Shown piece by piece: positions 36,530 through 45,560 of a DNA stretch of 53,463 nt. The DNA is taken from the NCBI GenBank assembly GCA_039586795.1, contig JBDHJS010000024.1, forward strand, positions 1-53,463, in the 5' to 3' direction. The notes beneath the pieces were generated by a model. That model was not told the DNA's origin. It saw only the letters and a program-made list of their open reading frames with translations, and searched no databases. Position 1 is the first letter of the stretch; every line of letters begins with the position of its first letter. The translations under genes and the position numbers were made by a program. This DNA is from Gemmatimonadota bacterium. GTDB lineage: Bacteria > Gemmatimonadota > Gemmatimonadetes > Palauibacterales > KS3-K002.

Positions 36530-39469
36530 ATGATTCCGTCCAAGCTCCGTCGTGCTGCAGCCTTCGCTCAGCGCGGGCCCAAAGGCCGTGTGGTGACCGG
36601 CACGCTGGCCGTCGCTGCTGCTCTTATCGCGCTTTCGCCAGGGTCATCCCACGCCCAATACGTTCCGTTCGGCAAGAACAAGGTTCAGTACACACCGTTC
36701 GAATGGCATATCCTGGCCGGACCGCGGGTGGATGTGTACTACTATCCGGAGGAGGAGGAGCTAGCGCGGCTGGCGCTCAGCTATGCCGAGGAGAGCTATG
36801 ACTCGCTGATGGTGATGTTCCGGCACCGCCCGTTCCGACGCGTGCCGCTGTTCATCTATTCTTCCCACCAGCACTTCGAGCAAACGAACCTGACACCGGG
36901 TTTTCTGCCCGAGGGCGTGGCAGGATTCACCGAATTCCTCAAACGACGCATCGCTTTGCCCTTCAACGGTAGCTACGCCGACTTCCGCCACACCATCAAG
37001 CACGAGCTGGTTCACTTCTTCCAGCTCTCGAAGCTGAGTCGCGTGTTCGACATGTATCCGCGCTTCCGAGGCCCCGGCATTCCGCTCTGGTGGTCGGAGG
37101 GGTTGGCCGAGCGCTGGAGCTCGGAGCAGGACACGCAGGACGAGATGTTCGTCCGCAACATGGTGCTGAGTGGGAAACTGCCGACGCTGATGGACATCAC
37201 TTACGATCGCAGTTTCCTGGCCTACCCGCTGGGCGGTCAGATCCACAAATACCTGGGTGAGAAGTACGGGTACGGCAGAGTCGCCGACTTCTACGAGAAC
37301 ATCTGGAAGCACTCGAACTTCGCCGATGCCTTTCTCGGCACCTACGGCATTACGCTAGAGCAAGTCGATCGTGAGTGGCGGCACGAGTTGGAGCGAAAGT
37401 ACTTCCCGATGGTCGAGGAGCGTACGCCGATCAACGTCGAATCCCGGGCGATGCTCGCCAAGACGCAATTGGTATTCAAACCAACGGTGTACGACTCGCC
37501 GTTGGGAAGGCCCGAGGTCTTCTACATGTCACCGCGCGACGGATTCACCACGATCTATAGGATGGTAGTCGGCGGTGGCGATGCTTCGGTACGTAAGGTG
37601 GTGCAGGGCGATAGGTCGGAGGAGTTCGAATCACTTCACTTCTTCAGCTCCAGGCTCGATGTCTCGTCCGGCGGAATGCTGGTGTTCGTCTCTAAGTACC
37701 TGGAACGTGATGCGATACAGATCTATGACCTCAACCGGGACAAGCGAGTCGGTCGCTACCAGTTCAAGGAGCTAGTAGCGCTTTCATCGCCAGCCTGGTC
37801 GCCCGACGGAAAGAAAGTCGTGTTCACCGGCCTCAGCACGGCCGGCCCCTCCGACCTGTATATCCTCGACTTCGAGACGCAGGAGCACTACCCGATCACG
37901 CAGGACGCGTTCCTCGAGAGCACACCCGAGTGGTCACCCGACGGCCGCTACATCGTATTCTCATCCGACCGCACGCTGTTTGGCGCCGAAGGTAGTCAGA
38001 ACCTGTTTCTTTACGATACGGAAACGCAGGAGATCGACTACCTGACGTACGGACCGTGGAAAGACCTCGATCCGCGGTTCTCGCCCGATGGGAGCCAGAT
38101 CGTCTTCACTTCGGATCGCACCAGTGTGCACGACGTCTATGTGGTCGATCTGGAGGGGAGGGGTGGCCGTTTGACCAACTACACGGGCGACATTTTCGAT
38201 TCGGATTGGCTTCCCGATGGCAGCGGTCTCGTGTTCAGCGCCTACGACGGCGGGTCATTCGGCCTCTACTTCAAGGAGCTCGGTCCACCGGGCACCATGC
38301 CGGAGTTGGAGTTGGTCGATGAGTTCGGGCCGCCGGGGCCGGGTTTGGCTTACGGATGGGAGTGGGAAGAGGTCGATCACCCCGTCGTCGCGCAGGCTAG
38401 CTCGCGTAAGTATCGTACCCGATACGGTCTCGACTTCGCGGCCGGACAGGCGACGTTCGCTCCCGGTTTCGGGTCGGCGCAGGGTGCCCAGTTCCTCGCC
38501 AGCGACATGCTGGGCAACCACATGATCTTCTTCTCGATCGTCACCCAGAACTTCAGCAACCTGGACAATATCTTCGATTCGTTTGCCGGCCAGATCATGT
38601 ACCTGAACCTGTCGCGGCGCGTGAATTGGGGCGTCGGTGCGTTCAGATTCAATGGGCGTTTCATCGATGCGGCGTTTGCCGATACTTACCAGGAAAAGAC
38701 GTTTGGGGGCTTCTTCGTCGCGAGCTACCCATTCTCGAAGTTCAGGCGGCTGGAGCTTCAGGCGACGCTCGAGTACTCGGACCGCATTGATACCGAGGAG
38801 TTCTTCCTGGTAGATCCGATTACGGACGTCGATGACCTGGTGCTGACGCGGAAAGGCGTGATCTCGACGAACGCCGTATCGTATGTGTCGGACAACACCC
38901 TCTGGCTGCCCACCGGCCCGATAGCTGGCTCTCGATACAATCTTACCTTCGCCCTCGCCACTGACCTCACGCATGCTCGGGCGGAGAACTATACGATCGT
39001 CGCCGACTGGCGGCGCTACTTCCGAACGGGGCTGTTGAGCGCGTGGGCGGTTCGACTATTCGGCTACTACAGCGATGGCTACCTGCCGGCGCGTATCGCG
39101 TTTGGCGGACCGTACACCCTGCGCCTCTATCCTTTCCTCGGTTTCATCGGCAGCCGGGCCTACCTGATGAGCAACGAGTGGCGGTTCCCGCTCATGCACG
39201 GCCTGGCCCTCGGTTTTCCGTTCGGGACCTGGCGCTTTCCTGGCATCCAGGGCGCCGTCTTCGTCGACATGGGCGGCATCTGGCAGGAGACCCGCAAGCT
39301 GACCGGGACCTGGGGTAGCTACGGTGTGAGCTTTCGCATGGCTATTCTCTTCCCGTTCATCATCAGGTTGGACGTCGGTCGCCGCTTCACCATCGGCGAC
39401 CTGCCGACCAATAAGTTCAGAGACTTCTACAAGACGGAAGTCGACTTCTTCTTCGGCTTTAACTACTGA
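36530..39469 (+). CDS. Omp85/BamA-type outer-membrane protein with N-terminal zincin metallopeptidase and PD40/TolB-like propeller
   Basis: Signal peptide then FGKNKVQY; HELVH and WWSEGLAE; repeated WSPDG/FSPDG; amphipathic barrel strands ending FFFGFNY; alternative start 36479. Confidence 0.85.
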   Translation: MIPSKLRRAAAFAQRGPKGRVVTGTLAVAAALIALSPGSSHAQYVPFGKNKVQYTPFEWHILAGPRVDVYYYPEEEELARLALSYAEESYDSLMVMFRHRPFRRVPLFIYSSHQHFEQTNLTPGFLPEGVAGFTEFLKRRIALPFNGSYADFRHTIKHELVHFFQLSKLSRVFDMYPRFRGPGIPLWWSEGLAERWSSEQDTQDEMFVRNMVLSGKLPTLMDITYDRSFLAYPLGGQIHKYLGEKYGYGRVADFYENIWKHSNFADAFLGTYGITLEQVDREWRHELERKYFPMVEERTPINVESRAMLAKTQLVFKPTVYDSPLGRPEVFYMSPRDGFTTIYRMVVGGGDASVRKVVQGDRSEEFESLHFFSSRLDVSSGGMLVFVSKYLERDAIQIYDLNRDKRVGRYQFKELVALSSPAWSPDGKKVVFTGLSTAGPSDLYILDFETQEHYPITQDAFLESTPEWSPDGRYIVFSSDRTLFGAEGSQNLFLYDTETQEIDYLTYGPWKDLDPRFSPDGSQIVFTSDRTSVHDVYVVDLEGRGGRLTNYTGDIFDSDWLPDGSGLVFSAYDGGSFGLYFKELGPPGTMPELELVDEFGPPGPGLAYGWEWEEVDHPVVAQASSRKYRTRYGLDFAAGQATFAPGFGSAQGAQFLASDMLGNHMIFFSIVTQNFSNLDNIFDSFAGQIMYLNLSRRVNWGVGAFRFNGRFIDAAFADTYQEKTFGGFFVASYPFSKFRRLELQATLEYSDRIDTEEFFLVDPITDVDDLVLTRKGVISTNAVSYVSDNTLWLPTGPIAGSRYNLTFALATDLTHARAENYTIVADWRRYFRTGLLSAWAVRLFGYYSDGYLPARIAFGGPYTLRLYPFLGFIGSRAYLMSNEWRFPLMHGLALGFPFGTWRFPGIQGAVFVDMGGIWQETRKLTGTWGSYGVSFRMAILFPFIIRLDVGRRFTIGDLPTNKFRDFYKTEVDFFFGFNY

Positions 39470-39488
39470 TCGGCCTGTCATCGCTTTC

Positions 39489-39517
39489 TTGACGCTTCCC
39501 ACCGGGGCCGGTAATTT
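39489..39517 (+). promoter_or_regulatory. Candidate sigma70 promoter
   Basis: TTGACG-17nt-TAATTT, 9 nt before TTG 39527. Confidence 0.5.
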
Positions 39518-39526
39518 CGGCGCGAT

Positions 39527-40204
39527 TTGCGATCATACACTCTGACGGTCGTCCTCGCCGGGCTGGTTGCAGCATGCGGAAAGCAGCTCCCGGATCCGGT
39601 GCCTCTGGCGGAGCCAGCCGAGCTGGCGGGCCAGCTTCGGGTTGCCCCGGAGCAGCCTCGGCTCATTACATTCAAATGGCGCTACCGAGGTCGTGACGGG
39701 CGCTTCTCCGGTGACGGCGGAGTGCGGGTTAATCCGCCTGACAGCGTACGCCTGGATCTTCTGGGACCGGGTTGGTCAGGCGTTCAGAGCGCCGTTCTCC
39801 TGGGGGGACGTGTCTTTTACATGGGGGAGCAGCGTATCACGCTTCCGCCGCCTACGTTTCTTTGGACGGCGTTGGGCGTGTTTCGGCCACCGGCCGATGT
39901 GCAGCCGGAGGGCGCCAGCCGTGGCGAGCGTGTGGAGCTGACTTATCGCCTTTCAGATTTCCAGGCGATAACGTTCGCTTTCGATGGTCAGGGGCGGCTG
40001 ATCGAGGCCGAGCGCAAGCTGGACGACGATGTGATCGAGGAGATCAAGTTGACGTATGCGGCCGAGGCAGGGGAGCCAGGCGGATGGGTCGCTCCCAGCG
40101 AAGCCAGGTATCGCGATCTGGTCGGGTTCCACGAGATTAGCATAGAGGTCGAGGAGGCGAAACCGCATGAGCCGTTCGAAGCACGCATATTTGGTGTGGG
40201 CTAG
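39527..40204 (+). CDS. Hypothetical lipoprotein (possible LolA/LolB-like fold)
   Basis: Lipobox VAAC; beta-rich, PPDSVRLDLLGP. Confidence 0.7.
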   Translation: MRSYTLTVVLAGLVAACGKQLPDPVPLAEPAELAGQLRVAPEQPRLITFKWRYRGRDGRFSGDGGVRVNPPDSVRLDLLGPGWSGVQSAVLLGGRVFYMGEQRITLPPPTFLWTALGVFRPPADVQPEGASRGERVELTYRLSDFQAITFAFDGQGRLIEAERKLDDDVIEEIKLTYAAEAGEPGGWVAPSEARYRDLVGFHEISIEVEEAKPHEPFEARIFGVG

Positions 40205-40685
40205 CCTGCTTGCCGTCCTGGCGGTCTCGGGTTGCGGGGTTTACTCCTTCACCGGCGGCGGCGGCTTGCCAAGCCACATCGAGACCATCGCTATTCTGCC
40301 GTTCGAGAACCGGACGACGCAGTTTACGTTGACACAGGAGCTCACGCAGCGACTCACCGACGTCTTGCCGGGGAGACTGGGCGTCAGGCTGGCGGATGAA
40401 GGTACGGCGGACGCCATCGTTCGCGGGACCATCACCCGCTACCAGGAGTCGGCGACGAACTACCAGGAGAGTCCGGGAGGACCCGTCATCTTTCAGCGTC
40501 GCGTGGATCTTTCCGCACAGGTAGAGATCTTCGATGCGAAGGAAGAACAGGTGCTCTGGACGGCCAGCGCCGTGTCCGCCTCGGGCGAGTACATCCCGGG
40601 GGAGCAAACGGAGGAGTTGGGGCGGCAGCTCGCGATCGACAACCTTGTCACAGCCATTATCGACGGCGCACAGTCACAATGGTAA
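40167..40685 (+). CDS. lptE: LptE-like LPS assembly lipoprotein
   Basis: Lipobox VSGC, YSFTGG, LPSHIETIAILPFENRT, ADAIVRGTIT. Confidence 0.78.
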   Translation: MSRSKHAYLVWASLLAVLAVSGCGVYSFTGGGGLPSHIETIAILPFENRTTQFTLTQELTQRLTDVLPGRLGVRLADEGTADAIVRGTITRYQESATNYQESPGGPVIFQRRVDLSAQVEIFDAKEEQVLWTASAVSASGEYIPGEQTEELGRQLAIDNLVTAIIDGAQSQW

Positions 40686-40724
40686 AGCCAAAGACAACGA
40701 TTCCGTTCTCGGTGGAGCAGGACC

Positions 40725-42197
40725 TTGACCCTGCATAGCGCGACCGGGCGTCGACTTCAGCGTCGGCGGGTCATGCTCTGGGTCATCGCCGGCCTGTTCC
40801 TGGTTGGGCTCAGTGGTTACCGGCCCGCCGGTGTCGATGTATTCCCGGGAGCCAGTGGGGAATCTGCTGCCGTGGTGCAGGAGCACGCCGAGTCGGCCGA
40901 AGAACATGCCGGGTCCGGCGAGCACAGCACCGCCCGCTTCTTTCTCATCCTGATCGCCATCCTCGTAGTCGGGAAACTGAGCGGCGAGCTAGCGGAGCGC
41001 ATTCGGCAGCCGGCAGTGCTGGGCGAACTGGTGGGTGGGGTCATTGTGGGTGGCAGCGTGCTGGGCATCGTGCCAACGGCCGCAGGCGACCCGATGGCCG
41101 AGACGATTCACCTGTTCGCCGAAATCGGCGTCGTCATTCTCCTGTTTGAGGTCGGACTGGAGACCGACCTGAAGGAGATGTTCCGCGTGGGTCCGGCCGC
41201 GGCGGCGGTTGCCGCGATTGGCGTCATCGTGCCCTTCGCGCTTGGCGCCGGCTACTGGTACTTCGCCGATCCCGCTTTGGGGGCGAAGCCGGAGGGCGTG
41301 AGCCTGGCGAAGATCGCGATCTTCGTTGGCGCGACCTTGACCGCTACGTCCGTCGGAATAACCGCACGGGTGTTGGCCGATCTCAACCAGATGAGGAGTC
41401 GGGAGGCGCGTACGATCATCGGCGCGGCGGTGATCGACGACGTCTTGGGACTCGTCATGCTGGCCCTCGTCGTCGGGCTGGCAGCAGGCACCACCATGAC
41501 CTTTGGCACCGTAACCTGGGCGCTGGTCAAAGCGGTGGGCTTCCTGGTGGTCGCCGTGGTCATTGGGAACTTCATCGGGCCGCATCTTTTTGACTTCGTG
41601 GACCGCTTGCGAGTGCGCGGAGTTCTGCTTGTCGCGGCGTTTTGCTTTGCCTTGCTGCTCGCCGCCCTGGCCGACATTTCCGACTCCGCGATGATCATCG
41701 GCGCCTTCGCCGCCGGGCTAATTTTATCTTCCACAAACCAGTTCGACCTGGTGGTGGAGCGCATCGAACCGGTGGGAGACGTCTTTACTCCGATCTTCTT
41801 CGTCTCTGTCGGCGCCGCGGTAAACGTAAAGCTCTTCATGCCGTGGAGCGATGAGTTCAATACCGGCGTTCTGGTCATCGGTGGGATCTTGACCGCCATC
41901 GCCATCGTCGGAAAGCTCGTCAGCGGTTGGGCTGTACCATGGGAGAAGATGAATCACTTGGCGGTAGGTGTCGGGATGATACCTCGCGGCGAGGTCGGTC
42001 TGATCTTCGCCGACATCGGGCGGCGCAACGGAATACTGTCCGACCCAGTGTTCAGCGCCATTCTGATCATGGTGATGGCTTCCACCTTCGTCACGCCGCC
42101 ACTCCTGACGTGGATCTTCAGCCGAACCGACGAGCCGGAGACCTTCGATCCGCCGCCCGGTGGTATGGCTTTCCCGGAAGAGGGAGGCCTCCCCTGA
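40725..42197 (+). CDS. Cation:proton antiporter (CPA2, NapA-like)
   Basis: QPAVLGEL, LLFEVGLETD, ATSVGIT, AAVIDD, GMIPRGEV. Confidence 0.93.
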   Translation: MTLHSATGRRLQRRRVMLWVIAGLFLVGLSGYRPAGVDVFPGASGESAAVVQEHAESAEEHAGSGEHSTARFFLILIAILVVGKLSGELAERIRQPAVLGELVGGVIVGGSVLGIVPTAAGDPMAETIHLFAEIGVVILLFEVGLETDLKEMFRVGPAAAAVAAIGVIVPFALGAGYWYFADPALGAKPEGVSLAKIAIFVGATLTATSVGITARVLADLNQMRSREARTIIGAAVIDDVLGLVMLALVVGLAAGTTMTFGTVTWALVKAVGFLVVAVVIGNFIGPHLFDFVDRLRVRGVLLVAAFCFALLLAALADISDSAMIIGAFAAGLILSSTNQFDLVVERIEPVGDVFTPIFFVSVGAAVNVKLFMPWSDEFNTGVLVIGGILTAIAIVGKLVSGWAVPWEKMNHLAVGVGMIPRGEVGLIFADIGRRNGILSDPVFSAILIMVMASTFVTPPLLTWIFSRTDEPETFDPPPGGMAFPEEGGLP

Positions 42198-43132
42198 CGA
42201 CATCCGAGGTCATCCGGATCGCGTCCCGGGCCAGCAGACTGGCGTTGGCGCAATCGCGGTGGGTTCGAGATCGCCTCGTCGCGGCGTGGCCCGATCGCGC
42301 TTTCGAGATCGTCGAGATGTCGACGAAGGGCGATCGCGTGTTGGATCGGCCGTTGCCCGAGATCGGTGGCAAGGGGCTTTTCACGGAAGAGCTAGAAGCA
42401 GCGCTCCGCTCCGGTGATGTCGATATCGCCGTCCATTCGTTGAAAGACCTGCCAACCGAACCGGCCCCCGGGCTCAAGGTCGGCGCCGTGTGCGAGCGCG
42501 AAGATTCGCGAGACGCTTGGGTCGCTGTGGCGGGCGGACCGGCCGGACTATCAGCGGCCGACTCGGGCGCACGGATCGGCACCAGTTCGGAGCGGCGCCG
42601 GGCGCTCATCCTGGCGCAAAGAGGTGATGTGGAGGTGGCCTCGATTCGCGGAAACGTCGAGACCCGTCTTCGCAAACTGGACGAGGGTAAGTACCATGCC
42701 GTGGTCATGGCGGCGGCGGGGCTCAAGCGACTGGGGTTGATCGATCGCGTCACGTCGTTTCTCGAGCCGCCGGTGTGGCTCTCAGCGCCCGGTCAAGGTG
42801 CGGTGGCCGTCGAGAGTCGCCTGGACGATCCCGCCATCGATGAGTTGCTCGCGTCGGTCGATGACGCTCACGCCCGGGCCGAGACCGAAGCCGAGCGGAC
42901 GCTGCTGGCCACGCTACAGGGCGGCTGCCAGGTTCCGGTCGGTGCACGCGCGATGGTCGATGGCGACGAGATCATACTCTACGCCCTTGTCGCGGAGCCC
43001 GATGGAAGTACTGTGGTAAGGGGCGAAGGCCGCGCCGGTCTCGACGAGGCGCGTGAGCTTGGCCAACGCATTGCGCGTGACCTGCTGGCGCGCGGCGGTG
43101 AAGCCATCGTCGCCGGCTTTCGAGAGGATTGA
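42194..43132 (+). CDS. hemC: Hydroxymethylbilane synthase, probable CTG start
   Basis: [59 protein letters not shown] 42194 overlaps the antiporter TGA and follows GGGAGG. Confidence 0.95.
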   Translation: MTTSEVIRIASRASRLALAQSRWVRDRLVAAWPDRAFEIVEMSTKGDRVLDRPLPEIGGKGLFTEELEAALRSGDVDIAVHSLKDLPTEPAPGLKVGAVCEREDSRDAWVAVAGGPAGLSAADSGARIGTSSERRRALILAQRGDVEVASIRGNVETRLRKLDEGKYHAVVMAAAGLKRLGLIDRVTSFLEPPVWLSAPGQGAVAVESRLDDPAIDELLASVDDAHARAETEAERTLLATLQGGCQVPVGARAMVDGDEIILYALVAEPDGSTVVRGEGRAGLDEARELGQRIARDLLARGGEAIVAGFRED

Positions 43133-43653
43133 GCTTGATCAAGGACAAGGATCGACACGAGGTTCTGCCCGAAGGGCTGCGGCAGAAGATCTACACGCGC
43201 GAAGCGGCGCGCCGGAAGTTCGGGCCCGACCGCGACAAGCGACTCGTGTTCACGAACGGGTGCTTCGACATCATCCACAGAGGTCACGTCGAAGTGCTGT
43301 CCCGGGCTCGGGAATTGGGCGACCGCTTGATCGTTGGGCTGAACAGCGACGACTCTGTCCGCCGCCTCAAGGGGCCTCATCGCCCGCTTCAGCCCGAGAT
43401 CGATCGAGCGGCTTGCCTGGCCGGCCTGGAGTGCGTGGACGCCGTCGTCATCTTCGATGAAGACACACCGGCGGAGCTCATCGAGGAGCTCCAGCCGGAT
43501 GTGCTCGTCAAAGGAGGCGACTACAAACCCGAGGACGTTGTCGGACGGGATACCGTGGAAGCCAGGGGCGGCAAGCTCGTCATCATACAGTATATCGAAG
43601 GCTTCTCGACAACCGAGCTCATCCAGCGCGCGGCGCGTGCCGCAGAGGAGTGA
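43129..43653 (+). CDS. rfaE2: D-glycero-beta-D-manno-heptose-1-phosphate adenylyltransferase (HldE domain II)
   Basis: [40 protein letters not shown]. Confidence 0.95.
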   Translation: MSLIKDKDRHEVLPEGLRQKIYTREAARRKFGPDRDKRLVFTNGCFDIIHRGHVEVLSRARELGDRLIVGLNSDDSVRRLKGPHRPLQPEIDRAACLAGLECVDAVVIFDEDTPAELIEELQPDVLVKGGDYKPEDVVGRDTVEARGGKLVIIQYIEGFSTTELIQRAARAAEE

Positions 43654-44372
43654 CCGTGTCACGTCCATCCGGACGCAAGGCGGAACAGCTCCGCCCGATC
43701 ACGCTCGAGCCGGGCGCCGCTGCCCGTGCGGAAGGCTCATGCCTGATCAGCATGGGCGCGACGCGCGTCCTGTGCGCCGCAACCCTTCAGGAGAAAGTCC
43801 CACCGTGGCGTGAAGGGCAGGGAGGGTGGGTTACCGCCGAGTATGCCATGCTTCCCCGGGCCACGACCCAGCGGACTTCTCGCGAGCGTAATGGACCCCG
43901 TGCGCGCACCCAGGAGATCCAACGCTTGATCGGGCGTGCTCTACGCGCGACCACGGACCTCAAGAGCATCGGCGATCGCACGGTCATCGTCGACTGCGAC
44001 GTGCTCTCTGCCGATGGCGGCACTCGTACCGCATCGATTACCGGTGGGTGCGTAGCCCTATGGCAAGCGTTGCAACACCTCGTCGACGAGGGCAAACTGG
44101 CGGCCAATCCCATGCAGCAGCTGGTGGCGGCCGTGAGCGTCGGCGTTTTCGAAGGGCAGGCCTGTCTCGACCTCGACTACGCTGAGGATGTGAACGCTGA
44201 CGTCGACATGAATTTCGCCGCCCTCGAGGATGGCCGCATGGTCGAGGTGCAGGGTACGGCGGAGGGCGCTCCGTTTTCTCGTAACGAGCTGGATGAGATG
44301 CTGGGCCTTGCCCAGGCCGGCATGGCTGAACTCTTCGCGCAACAGCGCCAAGCGATCGAGACGATACGGTGA
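43650..44372 (+). CDS. rph: Ribonuclease PH
   Basis: [48 protein letters not shown]. Confidence 0.98.
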   Translation: MTVSRPSGRKAEQLRPITLEPGAAARAEGSCLISMGATRVLCAATLQEKVPPWREGQGGWVTAEYAMLPRATTQRTSRERNGPRARTQEIQRLIGRALRATTDLKSIGDRTVIVDCDVLSADGGTRTASITGGCVALWQALQHLVDEGKLAANPMQQLVAAVSVGVFEGQACLDLDYAEDVNADVDMNFAALEDGRMVEVQGTAEGAPFSRNELDEMLGLAQAGMAELFAQQRQAIETIR

Positions 44373-44998
44373 AGGTGGTCCTCGCCACTCGGAATCAAGG
44401 CAAGCTAAGAGAGATACAGAAACTGTTCGAGAGCACGTCGATCCGCCTGGTCGGTCTAGCAGATGTTGGAGTGGAAGAGCGACCGGAAGAAGATCGGATC
44501 GAGGTCTTCGACAGCTTCTCCGGCAACGCGATGGCCAAGGCCCGGTACTTTCACGATCGAACCGGCCTGCCACTGATCGCTGAGGACTCGGGCATCTGCG
44601 TCGATGCGCTAAACGGCGACCCCGGCGTGCGAAGCAAGCGATACGCGCCTGCGGAAATGCAGTCGGAGTACGGCGAGGACCGTGCTAACAATCTTCAACT
44701 GCTTCGCCGCCTCCGTGACGTTCCTGACGAACATCGCAGTGCGCACTTCTATTGCGCGGCGGCTGTCGTTCTCGAGGACGAATCTCGAGTTTTTGGCGGA
44801 CGCGTTGACGGCGTTATCTTGAGGGAGCCGCGCGGGGAAGGGGGGTTCGGCTATGACCCGCTCTTCTATCTTCCCGACCGTGGCGTGACAACCGCCGAGC
44901 TTTCCCTCGCGGAGAAGAACGAGATCAGCCACCGGGGACAGGCGATTCGGGCGGCTCGGGACTGGTTGGTGGAGTATTTGGGCTCTGAAACACGCTGA
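44369..44998 (+). CDS. rdgB: Non-canonical purine NTP pyrophosphatase (RdgB/HAM1)
   Basis: ATRNQGK, EDSG, GFGYDPLF, KNEISHRG; follows rph. Confidence 0.96.
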   Translation: MKVVLATRNQGKLREIQKLFESTSIRLVGLADVGVEERPEEDRIEVFDSFSGNAMAKARYFHDRTGLPLIAEDSGICVDALNGDPGVRSKRYAPAEMQSEYGEDRANNLQLLRRLRDVPDEHRSAHFYCAAAVVLEDESRVFGGRVDGVILREPRGEGGFGYDPLFYLPDRGVTTAELSLAEKNEISHRGQAIRAARDWLVEYLGSETR

Positions 44999-45051
44999 CG
45001 ATCATTGCAGTAGTAAGATGTGAAGCCAGGCAATGAGAGGAGAGATTTGGA

Positions 45052-45480
45052 ATGGACGAAAAGCTGCCAATCAAGAGCGACCAGCCTCAGGAAGAGGAGC
45101 GCTCTTGGAAAGACGTGGCCAAGGCTTGGAAAGACGTGAGCAAGCAGATGCTCGACCTCGGCGATCGTTTGGGCTCCGCCTTCAAGGAAGGTTGGGCGAC
45201 TGACGAAGTCAGCGAAGAGGAGGATCGCCAGCTGAGGGAGAAGCTACGCGAGATCGGCCTGCGAATGGACAAGGCGATCGACCGCATGCGCGAAGAGGCG
45301 AAGACGCCCGAGACCAAGGCCGCCGCGAAGGAGACCTGGGGTGCGACCCGCGCCGCATCGGCTGACCTGATGGGGGAGATGCAGGAGACGGTCAGCGAAG
45401 GGTTGCAGGAGATGAACAAGCGGGTCGATGAGCTGATGAAGAAGCGGAAGGAAAAGAAGGAGAAGAAGTCCGAGGAATAA
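45052..45480 (+). CDS. Hypothetical charged alpha-helical protein
   Basis: GAGGAG upstream; K/E-rich amphipathic-looking sequence; no family recognised. Confidence 0.75.
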   Translation: MDEKLPIKSDQPQEEERSWKDVAKAWKDVSKQMLDLGDRLGSAFKEGWATDEVSEEEDRQLREKLREIGLRMDKAIDRMREEAKTPETKAAAKETWGATRAASADLMGEMQETVSEGLQEMNKRVDELMKKRKEKKEKKSEE

Positions 45481-45560
45481 CGAGCACGAGCACGAAAACG
45501 AGCACGAGCACGAGTTGTTAACGCTGGTTCGTGCTCGTGCTCGCTATCGTGCTCGTGGTC
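45480..45560. repeat. Hexamer (ACGAGC)n array with an inverted copy forming a ~33-bp hairpin
   Basis: 45482-45514 is the near reverse complement of 45528-45560 (4 differences, one a G-U pair); 13-nt loop; fills the gap between convergent stops. Confidence 0.9.

Noticed and set aside
41927..42193. N-terminal extensions given by the ORF track (hemC, recO, ptsH, thiI, rfaE1, EIIA, sulfatase, Omp85)
   Set aside because: They overlap upstream genes, promoters or repeats and lack family similarity; starts were moved downstream
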